A stretch of 64,000 nt of DNA, from assembly GCF_009914755.1 (NCBI RefSeq), contig NC_060947.1; one strand, 5' to 3'. Shown here piece after piece: positions 43,964 to 59,194 of the stretch; position 1 is the first letter of the stretch, and each line of letters starts with the position of its first letter. This DNA comes from the human T2T-CHM13v2.0 reference genome, Homo sapiens. The notes under the pieces are model-generated. The model was not told the DNA's origin. It was given only the letters and a program-made list of their open reading frames with translations, and made no database searches. The position numbers and the translations under genes were made by a program.

Positions 43964-45821
43964 ACTTCACTCTTCCACTCTTCAGGCTACCTCCTGAGAA
44001 AGCTTACTAATTAGTGGAACTAGCCTCAGACAAGGGTGATTTGTGGAATTCTGCCCAGCTTGGTGAAACAAAGCATCTCCCCATTGGCAGGAATATTGTC
44101 TGCTTTAAAAGTGACAGTAGTTGAGTATCATCACTACACAGAGCTGCAGGGAGGTATCCTAGGGGCTCCTGGTGATGAGCTAACCTTCTGAGGATGATGT
44201 GTAAAACTTACACAACACACTAAGCAGTTAGCTATCTGTGGCAGAAGACTAAGAGACTGTCTATAATCATGTGTGTAAATGATGTAGGAACACCAAGAAA
44301 TGTCATTTAAGATATCTCAGTTATTTCAGGGAGGCAGGCCTATAATAATGTAATCATTTAGTAGGCAGAAATCTAGTCAATTGAAACATACATTGGCTCA
44401 TTTTGGGGAATTCTTATCCACCATTCTTAATATTTTCTTCCATGTGGAGAGACATCGATACCCAAAACACTTCTAGCCTCTTGATACGCTCACTCCTCTA
44501 TCGCAGGAATGTCTCATCTAGTTGGTGGGTTTGGAAGGAGAAACAGGTTGCACAGCCCAGGTCCTCTCCCTTCAAAACTCTTGGTTGTAATCTTCACTTA
44601 ACCAAGCATATGTTCTGCTCTGCCCTCAGGGGTGGGGCTTACAATAGGTCCACAGCTCTACTCTCCTGTGTCTCGCTGGCTCCCCAACTATTCCTATAGT
44701 CTTGCTTCACAATGCTTGGATCTTTAAGGGGCCCCCAAAAATGCCCTCCAGTTCCAAGTCTGAGTTGTATACCAACTGAGAAATACCACAAAAGAATAAG
44801 AAGAACAATAAATTGACTTTATTCCTTATAAAGGTGATACTGGAGAATGTGACATAGATTTGGTGGCACATGGGTTTCCTATGAACAAACCCCAGAATTG
44901 GACAGACTTATCCAGTGATACATTGGGACCATCACAAAAAAACAAGGCCTGCATTGCATATCTATCTGCTGTCTGCTGAAGGAGCCCTGTCTATGTGTGC
45001 CCAAGGAAAGTGACTTCCTTGTTAAGGGCTATCCCTGTAGCAGGAGAAAATATTTCAGGATACCTTCTTAGAGAAACACTTCTCAAAGTGAATAAATATA
45101 CCTTGTACTCCTTGCATACTCACCAAGCAACCTGCAGAAGATACAGCTTTCCATATGGCTCAGGGAGCAGTTTATATCAACATTCTCTCAATTTCTTAAC
45201 ACAAGTGATTGCATCAGAGGCTTATCCTATAGAGAGAGATTGGAATTATGTTCTAAATTGCAAGAATAGATAGAAAAGCATATTTTATGAAAACTTCCCT
45301 TGAAAATCCCATCAAGAAGGAATTAATGGGATGTTCAGAAATATATACCCACACATAAACTAACACGTAGACTATAGTGAAAATTATAACAAAGCCCCCT
45401 GCCAAGCCTTCACAATCTGTGATCTGAGAACAGATCACAGAAAATGAAGAAAAGGTCACCAAAACCATAATGTTTTAGATAACCACTTGTGCTTAACAAA
45501 ATGTCCCCAAACAATAGCTATTTATTATCTCTCGGGATTCTATGAATTGACTGGGCTTTGCTGGGTGTTTTCTATTCTGTGTGGTGTCTGTCACCTGGGG
45601 CTGCAGTCATCAGCACGCTACACTTGCCTGGGACATCCAAGAGAGCTCACTCACATGGATAGCGAATGGTGCTGGCATCTGCTGGGAGCTCAGCTGGGAC
45701 TGTTGCATGAAGCACCTTGGTTCAACACAGAGCCCTCTGTGAGTAGGGCTGTCAGAAAAAACAGAATACACTCAGTCAAATTTGAATTCCAGATAAACAA
45801 TGAATAATTTTTTAGTGTAAA

Positions 45822-46194
45822 TGTGATGGTGACTTTATGTGTCAACTTGGCTGGGCCACATTGTTCAAGTATCTCAACATTATTCTGCACATTCCTGCAA
45901 GGGTGTTTTTGGATAAGATCAACATTTAAATTGGTGGACTTTGGGAAAAGCAGATTGCCCTCTATAATGTGGGTGGGCCTCATCCAATCAGATGGAGGCC
46001 TGAATAGAGCAAAAATCTTAGCTCTTCTAAGCAAAAAAAAAATTCTACTAGCGGATAGCCTTCAGACTTGAACTGTAACACTGGATATTCTCTAGTCTCC
46101 AGTCTGCCAGCCCACTCTGCAGATTTTGGACTTTCAGCCTCCATAGTCATGTGAGCCAGTTCTTGAAAATTAATCTCTCTCTCTCTCACCATAT

Positions 46195-46247
<53 letters not shown>

Positions 46248-46275
46248 CACATTAGATTGGTTCTGTTTCTCTGGA
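45822..46275 (+). mobile_element. MLT2 (ERVL) LTR with (GT)n at ~46197-46243
   Basis: tgtgatggt...tttatgtgtcaacttggctggg...attggttctgtttctctgga. Confidence 0.82.
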
Positions 46276-47045
46276 TGTGACATGCAATTTTTTATTTGAA
46301 TACAACTGGGCATTTTGTATTTTTATTTGCTAAATCTGGAAACCTTAGGAGAAGAGCCTCTAAATATGTAAGTTTAGTGACCATCTGAGATGACCTTCCC
46401 AATAAGTCAGGGCAGGTCATGGGACAATGAGCAGATCAGATTAAAAAAAAAAAAAGACAAAAGCTGGTAATACCTAGTGTTGGTGAAATAAAGGAGAAAC
46501 AGACTTTCATATACACTATTGGTGCCACATCGAGGTATCCATTTTCTGAGGCCCATATTATTACAGCCGAATGACTTGAATGGCCTTTGTACAGAAGTCC
46601 TATTTCTACCAACAAGGGGGTTTCAGCTGAGGGTTTAGAAAAGGCTCATCAAGGCGACTCTGATGTGCATGCTGGTTAAGGGGCCCTGGTCGCAGGGGCA
46701 GGTCAAATTGACATATGAATTTCCTGCTCCAAAGAGGAAAGATAGCTTCTACTCATGGAGCAGAGTGTTTAGAGGGGCCCAGCTCCAGGTTCTTTATGTT
46801 AGTGTCTGGATTAGATCTCATGACAGCCCTGCTAGTGAGGTACCAGTATCCTCTCTTCTTCACGGATGTCTGTGACTACAAAGCACATGCTCCTAACCAC
46901 AGAGCTGGATGGCAAAGAGGTTGCTCAGCAGGTCCACTACCAGAACTTGCCAGCCTAGGCACCTTGAGTTGCTGGTGGCAGATCTTTAGCATCAGGACAT
47001 ATATTGTTAAGGAGCTTAATATCTGTTCTCCTTGTGTTTACCCTC

Positions 47046-47427
47046 TGTATTAGTCCGTTTTCACACTGCTATGAAGAACTTCCCTGAGACTAGGTAATTT
47101 AAAGGAAAGAGGTTTAATTAACTCACAGTTACACATGGCTGGGTGGGCGTGTGTGGGGGAGCTCAGGAAACTTACAATCATGGAGATATGTGAAGGAGAA
47201 GCAAGTACCTTCTTCACAAGGCGGCAAGAAAAGATAGAGTGTGAAGAGGAAAGTGCCAAACACTTATAAAACCATCAGCTCTTGTGAGAACTCACTCACT
47301 ATCATGAGAACAGCATGGGGGAACCACTCCCATGATCCAATCACCTCCCACCACATTCCTCCCTCAACACCTGGGGATTACAATTCAAGATGAGACTTGG
47401 GTGGGGACCCAAAGCCAAACCATATCA
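47046..47427 (-). mobile_element. THE1/MSTA solo LTR
   Basis: tgtattagtccgttttcac...caaaccatatca, TSD ccctc. Confidence 0.88.
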
Positions 47428-48589
47428 CCCTCCCTGCATTTCCAGAACAACAACAAAAAAAAGACTTGGGCCTCTTTCCCCCTGTCTCAGGGAAGGTTTA
47501 TAGCAGGGCTAGAAGCAGAAGCTGTCTGAAGCCAGTGTTTGCTTCATCCTGTGTGAAAACTTAAACTTAAGGAAAGGATTGGACTGCTTGTACTTGGCAG
47601 GGAGGGGAAGGGTCCTGAGGACACAGAGAAGGGAGAAGAAGAGAGATTTCTCCAATGCAGGGATGAGGTCAGAGGTCTACAGGTCCCTCCAGGAGTAGGG
47701 ACCTGAGCATTGCTCCATGTCAATGCGGAGAAGCTCCGTATATGGTTCATCAAGGCTGGGCATTCAGCCATGAGACAGATTCTCCTGTTTGGTTGGAAGG
47801 ATAGATAGCTCAGGGTCAGGAATGGGGCTGGGGCTGAAGGTAACAAACCAGCTAGGGAAATGGTCAGCTCAGCCCTCAGCAGTAGGGACACATGAGTGAT
47901 AATGACAGGGGCCTCCCAGGCTGTATCTGGAGGATATGTTTCCACAAATGATTATTTTTGGTCAAAGAGCATGACTATTTTTAGTATATACTGTCTAGTT
48001 GAAAGTTAAAATCTCTTTACTAATGAATATCCCAACCAACTACAAGATGAGAGCACCTGTTTCTCTAGATTTGTGCAATAATGGGTTTCCCAACTTTATT
48101 AATATTTGCTACTTTTATATCCTATCACTATAATGTTAAAATACTTTTCATTTTTCTCCATTGATATCCACATAAATGGCATATTTCACATGTGCATTTC
48201 TAAACACAAACATAACAGTCCTACTTTATGCCTCAGAATATGTCCTGGAATAATTCTAGAGTTTGATGAGAAAACCTGAAAAGTGAGTTTGTATCTATGC
48301 TGTGTCCTGTTTACATTGAAATTGTGGAGTCATAAAAATCCTATACACTGCTGCAGGAGGACAAAACGGTACAGAGTATATTTGCAGATATACTCGGCAA
48401 CATATATGAGAGAAGCAAGCATAGCCCCATCAACTGCTGCCCTCTCAGGTCTGCACTGCAGAGAGTCTCTGGCACGGGTGCAAGAATGGTCATGGCAGCA
48501 TGGCCAAAATATCAAAACAGCCCCAAAGTCACCTTATTAGAGACATCTCAGAAACAATATTTTTAGAAGAAAAAATTTCAATAAGTGTT

Positions 48590-49029
48590 TGCTACGGTTT
48601 GGATGTTTGTCTCCTCCAAACCTCATGTTGAAATTTGGTCCCCAGTGTTGGAGGTGGAGCCTAACAGGAAGTGTTTGGGTCATGGGGGTAGATCCTTCAT
48701 GAAAGTCTTGGTGCCAACCTTGCTGTGATGAGTGAGTGCTTGCTCTATTAGTTCCCACAAGAGCTTGTTGTTGAAAAGAGCCCAGCACCTCCCATCTCTT
48801 TCCCCTCTCCTGCCATATGATCTCTGCACAAGCCAGCTCCCCTTGGCCTTCCGTCGTGAGTGGTAGCTTCCTGAGAACCTCATCAGAAGCAGATGCCTAA
48901 TCTTGAACTTTCCAACCATCAAAATTGTTAGCCACATAACAATTTTATTATGTTTTGTTTTGTTTTTTTTCTTTATAAGTTATGCAGCCTCAGATATTCC
49001 TTTTTAACAATACTAAACGGACTAAGATA
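48590..49029 (+). mobile_element. MSTB-like solo LTR
   Basis: tgctacggtttggatgtttg...aaacggactaagata. Confidence 0.85.
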
Positions 49030-49049
49030 GTAGTATAAAAATATATAGT

Positions 49050-49350
49050 TTATTCCATTTACCCATCAGGAGAGCAGTGTGAAGAAAATATGGTGAGTCC
49101 CATCTCACAGATTATCAAGCTCTGGCTCACAGAGACTAAGATCCTCTACAGATAAGTGGCAGAATGGCAATGAGGTTCCATCTCTTGCCCCCCACCCCCA
49201 GCAGCTTCCCATTTGGAAGATGATAATTTTACACTTCCCCAGTATTGTGCCCTAAGGGTACTCACTCAACAGCCCTTCACGTTGAAGAAAAGGACGGTGG
49301 AGATGAAATCCTGCCCTTTGGGCCATGAGGCATAGCTGTGGGATCATATG
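49050..49350 (-). repeat. Divergent partial sixth copy of the core (same orientation as arm A)
   Basis: cccatctcacagattatcaagctctggctcacagagactaag...gagatgaaatcctgccctttgggccatgag matches ~5960-6225. Confidence 0.7.
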
Positions 49351-50184
49351 GATTACCAGGTTTCTGAGGTTAACTGTGGGGTGAAATAAAGAAACATGTG
49401 GAACAAGAAAGAACAGCGAAGAGAACAGAAAACAGCAGGCCCTCCAGGGATCACCTCTACCTCTCTCTGTCTTTGCTCCTTTCCCCACCCCATTTGTCCC
49501 CTGCTCTTTGTGACAGTATGGGATGTAACAGGAATCCAAGGTACTCTGAGAGACGACCGAAAGATGGGAAGACCCAGACCATGAGAAGGGTGAATCAGGC
49601 AGCACAAGTCTTGGAGCCTGTGCCCTGGGTGTTGGCTCACCCACCAGGCACTCCATCTCTACCTGCTTCTGTGTGCCTCACCATTACTCTACCACACAGC
49701 AATGAAGCTCCCACATAACAGAAATATGCACTTTCTAAGGGAGGCTAGCAGGAGAAGTGACTTACCCCTCAGTCAAGAATGTCCCAGAGTTACTGGTTTG
49801 GGTTTGGTGCCAGGATGCAGAGAGATCTCCAGTATCTCTTGCTCCAGTGTCCTGTCCAGCAGACATAGTATAAGGTTTTCATCAAGCCCCTCAGGAGCGC
49901 AAAGGAAACATATTTCTGTCATATACAACAGGGTGGGGGGAAAATAGGAGGTAGGAAAAACTATGAAACAGTAAGAAATGGGGTGAGTGATGACTTCATC
50001 CCTGTACCCCAAACTCCACTCATGGGGTCCATGACTCAGTTGGATGGAGATGGTAGAACCGCTTTCTTCCCTTCCCCCAGGCCCAGCAGGGTGCTCATTC
50101 CACCACATAGAAATGACAGTGACTCACAGTGAAATTAGAAACATGTGTTTTCCTTCTTCTCTCCATATGCTCTCTCGATACAGG

Positions 50185-50995
50185 AAAAATAGTTACTGTA
50201 CACTGGAGAAACATGACAAACACCATCCTTAACCAAATGATGAAGGTTAACATCACCAGTGACATCATGCAGGCATCGTATACTCCCAGATATGATGCGA
50301 CAAGAAGGGCACCGGAACTAGTGGTATTCCTTCTCAAAATCTGTAACCACAGTCAAATCACAAGAGAAGCAACAGACTGAGCCTGTACTCCTCAAGACTG
50401 TCAGGGTTATGAAAGTCGTCTGGCAGTTCCTCAGATGAATAAACAGAGATTTACCATATGACCCAGAAATCCCAATCCTAGGTACATAGCCAAGAAAAAT
50501 GAAAACCTATGTCTACATAAAAACTCGTACATAAACGTATATAACATCATCACTCATAACAGGCAAAAAGCAGAAATCATCTAAATGACCATCAATAGAC
50601 AGATGGATAAACAAAATGTGGTATATCCTTAGAATAGAATATTATTCAGCCTTTAAAAAATGAATGAATTCTGCTACATGCTACAATACACATGAACCCT
50701 AAAAACATCATGCTAAGTGAAAGATGCAAAAGACCAAATACGGCATGATTCCATTTATATGAATGTCCAGGATGAACAAATCCACAGACACACAAAGCAT
50801 AACTGTGGTTCCAAGAGCTGAGGATAGGTGCAGGTTTAACTGCATTGAAGCACAATGGGAGTTTTGGGGACAATTGAAATTTCTGAAACTCAATTATGGT
50901 GATGGTTGTACAACTCTATACATTTAATAAAAATCACCAACCTTAAAATGAATGGGTTCCATTGTCTATAAATAATATTGCAAGAAATTTGTTTA
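50185..50995 (+). mobile_element. L1MC/L1MB 3' fragments (counterpart of the outer L1 at 12165-15150)
   Basis: L1M 3' motifs. Confidence 0.75.
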
Positions 50996-52606
50996 AAAAA
51001 TATTGGCCAAGGCTTCTATTGTACCACAGGAATGACCAAAATTTTTCATAAAAAGGCCTTGATGCACATGTCTTATATAAACACGAATGTACATAAAGCT
51101 GTAGCTGTATCCCAGCCCTGACTCTACGTCCTGTGTTCCTCCAATGACCTTTCCCCCACCCCACATGCTACCTGAAGTCTAATTCAGGTCTGATCATTTT
51201 CATGTCTTCCAAATGTTGGGATGGCTTGAGAGTGGGACCACAACAGGGTCCCGGGCCTTCCCTCTGTGACAGGATGCCAGCATTATTACTTTCCTCACCC
51301 CTCTCCAAACTTTTTCACATTGTTCCACTTTGGGGAGCCTAAATGGCACAACATTCTGGGTGTCAGCATGACAATACTTATCAAAAGGTTACATAGGTGC
51401 ATACACTAAGCACCAACAATTTCCTTTTTAAAAGTTTAACTTCAGGATGTAGTGAAGGATGTTGATAAGGGTCTGGTTATAAGGACTGCCATCCTAACAA
51501 TACCCTCTCTTCACTGCTAGACCTGAATTTAGAAAGGGAGACCAAACAGGATGCAAAACCATGAAGAGGCAGAAGGAAGCAGAGGCAAGTGTGGTTGTCA
51601 GCACACACACACTTGCACACATTCACACACACTCCCCCACATTCATGCGCTAATTGGGTTCTATTATCACAATACTAGAATTTTTCTAAGACAGTTTGCT
51701 GTGTTCCAAGAGGACACATTCAGCTCAGTGCAAACAGCCACAGGAACTGTGCCCTTCAGCAGAGCACAGACCTTGAAAAGATGCCAGTGTAGATTAAAGG
51801 AAATATCAGGACACTCTGAATAACATAGGGTTGTGAAAATTGATTATGTCACATCCATAGGATGGAATTCTAGGAGGCAGTAAAAATAAGTTATAATGAA
51901 AACAATGATGAGAGATGATTTCTTGCCTAACCAGTTATCAATAATCAACATTATTTCCAGTGTGTGAGCAGACACTTTCATACCATATTAGTAGGAATAT
52001 ATATGAGTAATAATGTTATCATGTATTGTGTTAATATAAAACTTTATAGATTTCATAATAAAAGAGTATTTTGACAATCTCATAAAGAAATTCTTACAAA
52101 TACATTTGCATATATGTGAGCAAGGATGTTATGTTTGCTACTGTTTATAATAAAACATGGTAAAGGAACTACATTTTTATCTCAAAGTGAAATAAATGTG
52201 GTACCATCCATAAGATGAAACATCCAGTTGATGGCAAAAATAAAAACTAAAATTATGTTGTAAAGTAATTTAAAATGTTATGGTAGACATGTATTTTCAT
52301 GGAAAAATTGTCATAATAAAGTCAAAGGCAGGTTACAAAGATCATAAGTAGCCAGGATCCATTTTTGCTCATATCCATCTACAGCTATTTTTGCAGAGGA
52401 CTCAAAGCATACAAATAAAAATAATATTTTTCTTGCTCCCACATAAAGCCTTCTCCTCAGCATAGTGAGAGGCTGCACTTTGTTTGGAGGCCATAAATAT
52501 TCTTTTAGCCTGGAATTGCTCCATTTTCCATCCAGACTTCCAGAAAACTCCATAGAGTGGGCTTGGGCCAAACTGCTCCTTCCCACCTTCCTGCTCAGAC
52601 GTAAAA

Positions 52607-52639
52607 GCTGCAGTTCAGGCTTCTGTCACGAGGGGGCAC
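52607..52639 (+). promoter_or_regulatory. CTCF-like motif with upstream module (forward)
   Basis: gcTGCAGTTCAggcttctgTCACGAGGGGGCAC; TGCAG starts 17 nt before the core. Confidence 0.65.
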
Positions 52640-54502
52640 CAACGTACCTTCATAATCAAACCTCTACAAAGACGTTTACGCAATGAGCGAAAAAATAAAA
52701 TACCCTCCACTAAAACCCAGTCTATGAACCTATGGACAGAATGATTCTAATTCTTCCAGAAAAAAATTGATAGGTGTAAAAGAACACTGCAAAAACATGT
52801 ACTCCATGGCGTCTATACAATGAAACACCACGTACGAGGAGCGAGCCTTGGCAGTCCTTAGCAGGCTGGTGTAGCGCAAACCAGGGCAGCGGGAGGTGAG
52901 TGGAAGAGAATGGGGGCACTGGAATGGGGTCTGGACGGCTGTGTCCATAGCGTCCCGGAGAGGGCATGCCTGAGAGGAGGTCTGGGAAGCCTGTTCAGGT
53001 GTGGGGTAATGGAGAGTGAACAACCTACACCCTGGGAGGGACCACTCTACAGTATGGACACCTCAAACTGCACTAACAAAGGAAGAAATAAATCAATGAA
53101 TGAGATGTGGATTTAGGGTCAACAGCAAATGGACCTGCTTTAATATACATGTGAATTTTCCAAAGAAAACTTACAGTAAACAAACAATTCCAAGACATTT
53201 GCCACTCTTTGAAAAATGTACTCTTTTTCATTAGAAAAAGGAAAATAATAATGGAGTTAGATATCACGTCGGGCCAGAGTCAGGATTGCAGCTCTGAGAG
53301 TTTCAGACTAGGGGGTTCATCAACTGGGAGGGACAGATGGAGGTTAGGAGCTTGGCTGAAAACTTCAGTATCAGCCAAAGTTTTCTGGAATTATTCACCT
53401 AATGGTAGCAATCTCCCTGTATCTTTCATTTTCCTGTATATCTAAAAGCAAGATTAGTTCTAGACCACCAACCTCTAAATTGAAGGTAAAACTGTACCTG
53501 TCAGTGTGTATTTGGAGTAATTTAGCTGGAGGAGACACAGATACAAACACACACACATGTAGAAACACAGTCAATTCGATTTTTATCTATTTTGTTTCAC
53601 TATAAAATCGAATACATTGAATGTTTTCACAAATTAGTGAATACATGTATACAATTCTTTTGTCAGTCTCTTCATAAGGATTTTTTGTGTTCAAGTTTTT
53701 ATCAAAATACTCTTCTCCTTAATATAAAGTTTCAAAAAATATGCAAAATTATACTCAAAAATAGGAATTTTATCCTGCATCTCTCACAGACCTGACTCCT
53801 GCCCCCTGACCCCAAAAGGTCTGCTGTCCCTAGGATGGCACATACTCTCCAGACGTGTCCCTGTGAGATGCACATAAACGCGTTCACCACCCCCCCACAC
53901 ACACACACATTGTCTTCTCCAAAAGTGCAATCACAGTTCTCATCTTGTCATTTCCACTTATTATAATTTATCAGGATTTTAAAATATTTGCATCTTATTA
54001 GTTCTTGTGGTTTTTGCATATTTAATATGTTTATTGTCCATGTATATACTTATTTGAATTTTCTGTTGAAATCATTGCCAATTGTTTTGTTAATGAGTAT
54101 GTTTCACAAATCACAGACACCAACCCAACATCTGAGACGTAGTTTGAAAATGTTTTCTCCCCTGTTTTAATACAATGGTTACTGGGTTTTTATCTTTCAC
54201 TTGGAAAATGTTTTAAATTTCCATAATGGGACTTAATAATTATACATGTCATAATTGAAAAACAAAAAACATTCCAAAACACCTGGGGAGCACGTACTGT
54301 CAGCCTGGAGGGAGATTAGAGCATTCAGAAACCTGGAGGCATCAAGAGAAAATGATAAATCTTTAGAGTATTCCAGAGTTAGCTGCTGGTCAGGAGATAA
54401 CAAAGTTTCTCCTGGATTGCAAAAACTCCCCTAAAGGCAGCACCCTGATCTGAATAATGGTCATAATAATGGGTACCTTGGATAGCAGTTAAGATTAAAG
54501 GA

Positions 54503-54675
<173 letters not shown>

Positions 54676-55939
54676 TTACAGTAGTTCAGTGCATGTTACT
54701 TTCCTTCCCTCCAGCTCTCCTCTCCCAAGGCCAACACCTGAGCTTCTGCCTGAGCCCACTCGCCACCTCAGGGATCAGCCAACTCATGTGGCCCTACACC
54801 CAGGTCTCTTGGTACAAAGGACAAGATTTCATCTCCTCTGTCATCTTCATCACCCAGAGGGGTTGTGGAGTGGAGGACCCGTGGGGCCACAATAGCAGGG
54901 GAGTGGAATTTGGCCATTTTTCAAGCCCTGGAAGCCCATCTTCTAGAAGGGAAGCTGCCCAGGGTCCTCTAGGGAGGGCGAAGGATGGAACCTCATTCCA
55001 ATCCTGCCACTTACCTGGGGAGGTGACTTAGACTCTGTGAGCCTGAGTTAGTCATCTGTGAAATGGGACTGACCATACTATCCTTACAGAGCTGTCCTGA
55101 GGGGTTAATGAGAAAACCTGTGGAGAATATATAGCATGGAGTGGGACTTCAATGGCCCTTTAAATGCTGAGACACAGAAGTGGGGGCTGGCTGAGCCTCA
55201 GGGCTAAGGCAGGCATTGTAAAAAGTTATTTTTCATTGTTTCTCTCCTAATGAGAACACAGACATCCATATAAGGAAAGCAAATCTCTCTCTGATATGCC
55301 TTGAGTTCAAAGTTTTAGAGACAGAATGTTCTCTACATTCTTGGGTGTTTTCTAATCTCATAAAAGCTGTTCAGCATCATGCCTCTGAGCAGACCCAAAT
55401 CCACTTCCCCATACTCAGAAGGGAAAAAAAATGATAGGGGTAAAAAACAAGACTGTAAAAACATATGCTCCAGGAAATCCATGCCATGAAACACCAGGTA
55501 GCTCTAGTGCATCTTGGCAGTCACCAGTCGTCATTGGTCAGTGCAGGGCAGGCAGGAGGTGGCTGAGAGTGGATGGGTCACTGATATAGGACCTGGGCAG
55601 CTTGTTCATAGTGTCCAGGAGAGAAGATGACTGAGAGGGGTTGGGAGAAGGCCTGGGAAGCCTGTACAGGGGTGCAGTAATGAAGAATGCAACACCCTGC
55701 TCTCTGGGAGGAACCTATCCACTTTATGGACACCTCAACCTACACCGTGGAGGGAAGAGATAAATTAATGAATATGATGTAGATTTGGGGTCAACAGCAA
55801 ATGGACCTGCTTTAATATGTGAATTTTCCAAATAGAACTGGTGTCAGAGTAAACAAATCACTTCATAACATTTGTTACTCTTAGCAAAATGTACTCCCTT
55901 TTCATTAATAAAAGAACAAAAGACATGGAGATAGCTGTG

Positions 55940-55970
55940 ATGCCTCCTGGTAGCCAAAGACAGGATTGCA
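55940..55970 (-). promoter_or_regulatory. Paralogous CTCF-like motif (reverse)
   Basis: Reverse complement TGCAATCCT-gtctt-tgg-CTACCAGGAGGCAT. Confidence 0.45.
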
Positions 55971-57128
55971 GCATTGAGAGTCAGACCAGAGGCTCAGCAG
56001 GGAAGGGAGAGGGATTGAGGTTGGAAGTTAGCTTCACTATATCAGCCAGAGGTTTTTTTGAATTATTGATCTAATGATAGCAGTCTCCTTGTATTCATCA
56101 TGTTCTAGGATATATAAAACTCAGATTGGTTGCAGCTCCCATCTGAATTAAAGATAATGCTACATCTGTGAGTGTGTATATGGGGTGACAGAGCTAGAGG
56201 ACACACACACACACACAGATTCAATTAAATTTTTTATTTCTTTCATAATATAACACAATGAATTCTTTTTCAAATTAATGAAAATATGTGCATATTATCT
56301 TTGACAATCAGTTCAAAACTATCTTGTGTTCAAATTTTTATCAAAATATTTGTATTCCCAAATACTGAATTTTAAACAATATATGAGTACATTCATAAAT
56401 TGAAATTAATCTGCACTCTCACTGGTCCAACTCCCACCCTTTGATTCCAAGGGGTCTACTGTCCCTAGGATGGTGCATACTCTCCAGATGTGCTCCTGTG
56501 AGGTGCACATGAACACATTCACACACACACGCGCACACACAAACACACACATATTGTCTGTTCCAAATGTGCAATCACGTCCTCATCTTTTGTATCTTGT
56601 TGTTTCCAATTATTATAAATTCTCAGGATTTTAAAATATTTGCATCTCATTAGTTCTTGTGGTTTCTGTGTTTTCTAATATTTATTGTTCACATATATAC
56701 TTATTTGAATTATCTGTTGAAATTGTTGCCAATCATTTTGTTACTATGTTTCACAAATCACAGACACCAACCCAATATCTGAGATGTAGTTTGAAAATGT
56801 TTTCTCCCTTAATACAATTGTTACTGGTTTTTTATTTTTCATTTGGAAAGCATTTTAAATTTCCATAATGAGACTTAAAAAATTATACATGTCATAATTT
56901 AAAAAGAAAAAACTTTGGAAAATACCTGGGGAGCCCGTACTGTCAGCCAGGAGGGAGATTAGAGCATTCAGAGACCTGGAGGCATCAAGAGAAAATGATA
57001 AAACTTTAGAGTATTCCAGAGTTAGCAGCTGGTCAGGAGATAAAGTTTTCTCCTCGATTCACAAAAACTCCCCTAAAGGCAGCACCCTCATCTGAATAAT
57101 GGGTACCTTGGATAGCAATTAAGATTCA

Positions 57129-57389
<261 letters not shown>

Positions 57390-59194
57390 TCACCACTTCA
57401 GGGATCAGCCAATTCATGCGGCCCAACAACCAGGTCTCTCAGCACAAGGGGCAGGATATCATCTCTCTGTCTTCTTCCTCACCCAGAGGGGCTGTGGAGT
57501 GAGGATGCATGAGGCCATAATAGCAGGGCAATGGAATCTGACCGTTTCTCAATCCCTGGATGCCCATCTTTTAAAAGGGAGGCTGCTCAGGGTCCTCTAG
57601 GGAGGGTGAGAGATGGAACCTCATTCCAGTCCTGCCACTTTAGGTGGTTTAGACTCTGTGAGTCTGAGCCTGATTATCTGTGAAATTGGACTGACCATAC
57701 CATCCTTACAGAGCTGTCCTGAGGGGTTAATGAGAAAACCTCTTGAGAGTATATAGCAAGGAGTGGGACTTCAATGGCCCTTTAAATGCTGAGACACAGA
57801 AATGGGGGCTGGCTAAGCCTCAAGGCTAAGGCAGGCATTGTGAAAAGTTATTTTTCATTGTTTCTCTCCTAATGAGAACACAGACATCCATATAAGGAAG
57901 GCAAATCTCTCTCTGATATGCCTTGAGTTCAAAGTTTTAGAAACAGAATGTTCTCTACATTCTTGGGTGCTTCATAATCTCATAAAAGCTGGCCAACATC
58001 AGGCCTTTCAGCAGACCCAGTTCCCAATGCTGGGAACATGGGCATGTTTTTGAACTCACCTGGTGAGCTCAGATATCAATCACAGCAGAGAAGCAAGGTG
58101 TGGTATTTGCCTAAGGGCTGCTCCTGACTGCTCAGTATATGAATATATTTGCAGAAAAAAATGTGGCCCCATCCACAGTCATCAGTATAGGGGTCCTCAG
58201 ATCATGCATTATCCAGCCACAGCACGCCAGAATTTCAGCTGCCTGCTGCCTCCCTGAGAGGTAAAAGTCCAAGAGTTATGAGCATTTCTTTCACACAGTT
58301 TTCCCACTTTTAATTACTAATAACTAAATCTGCATTGCACTCAAAGCCCATAGTATTCCAATGGAGGTGTCTCATTAACTCCATAATGAGATGGTAGTAG
58401 GGAAATAAATACGTGGGCAACTTCAAGGTTACATCTGAGATTAGAGAGCTCCTTTACATTAGTTTTTGAATGTACTTAAGTTTAAAGGAATTGAAGATTT
58501 TAAAATATCCCTCCTTAACCCCTTATTACCCATTCAGCAATAGGATATTTAATTCATTCTCTCTCTGTCTCTCCCTACCCCTCCTTCAAATTCAAGGTAC
58601 CAAAAACAGTTCTCTACAGTCTCTGTTAACATCGTTCACTTTATTGACTCCTTATCCCCCTACCATGGCTTCTGTTCCTTGATTGCAACGAACAGGCTCT
58701 CCAAGATCACAAACCACCTTTTGTCACTAAGTCCAGTGTTTGCATAAATGTGTAACTATATTAAAATACTTAGTATTACTTTTAATGACCTCCTAAAATA
58801 TGCTCACTGTGCAGACTGCTTTCACTTAACAAATTTGTGACAGCTTCCAGGCTCTGGAGCAACATGTACTGGACACAAATCCAAGCTGACCTACTCCTTA
58901 ACTGTGTAGTCTTGGGCAAAGTCATTCTCTCTGTCCCTCAGTTTTTCGTCTATAAAACAGAGATTAGCCACAATATCTATCTCGTAAGGGAGCTATGAGC
59001 AGTGAATGACTCAATACATATAAAAATCACTTGGTACAAGAAATTTTAGTCAATTTAAAAATTTCTTTAATGTGTCACTGATATTACTATCTTTATAGCC
59101 ATAACAATATAAGACATAGACTGGTGTTTATTTACAATTAATGACATTTTAGATATTATTGACATTTAGATATTGTTTAGATGTTGTTAGTGAG

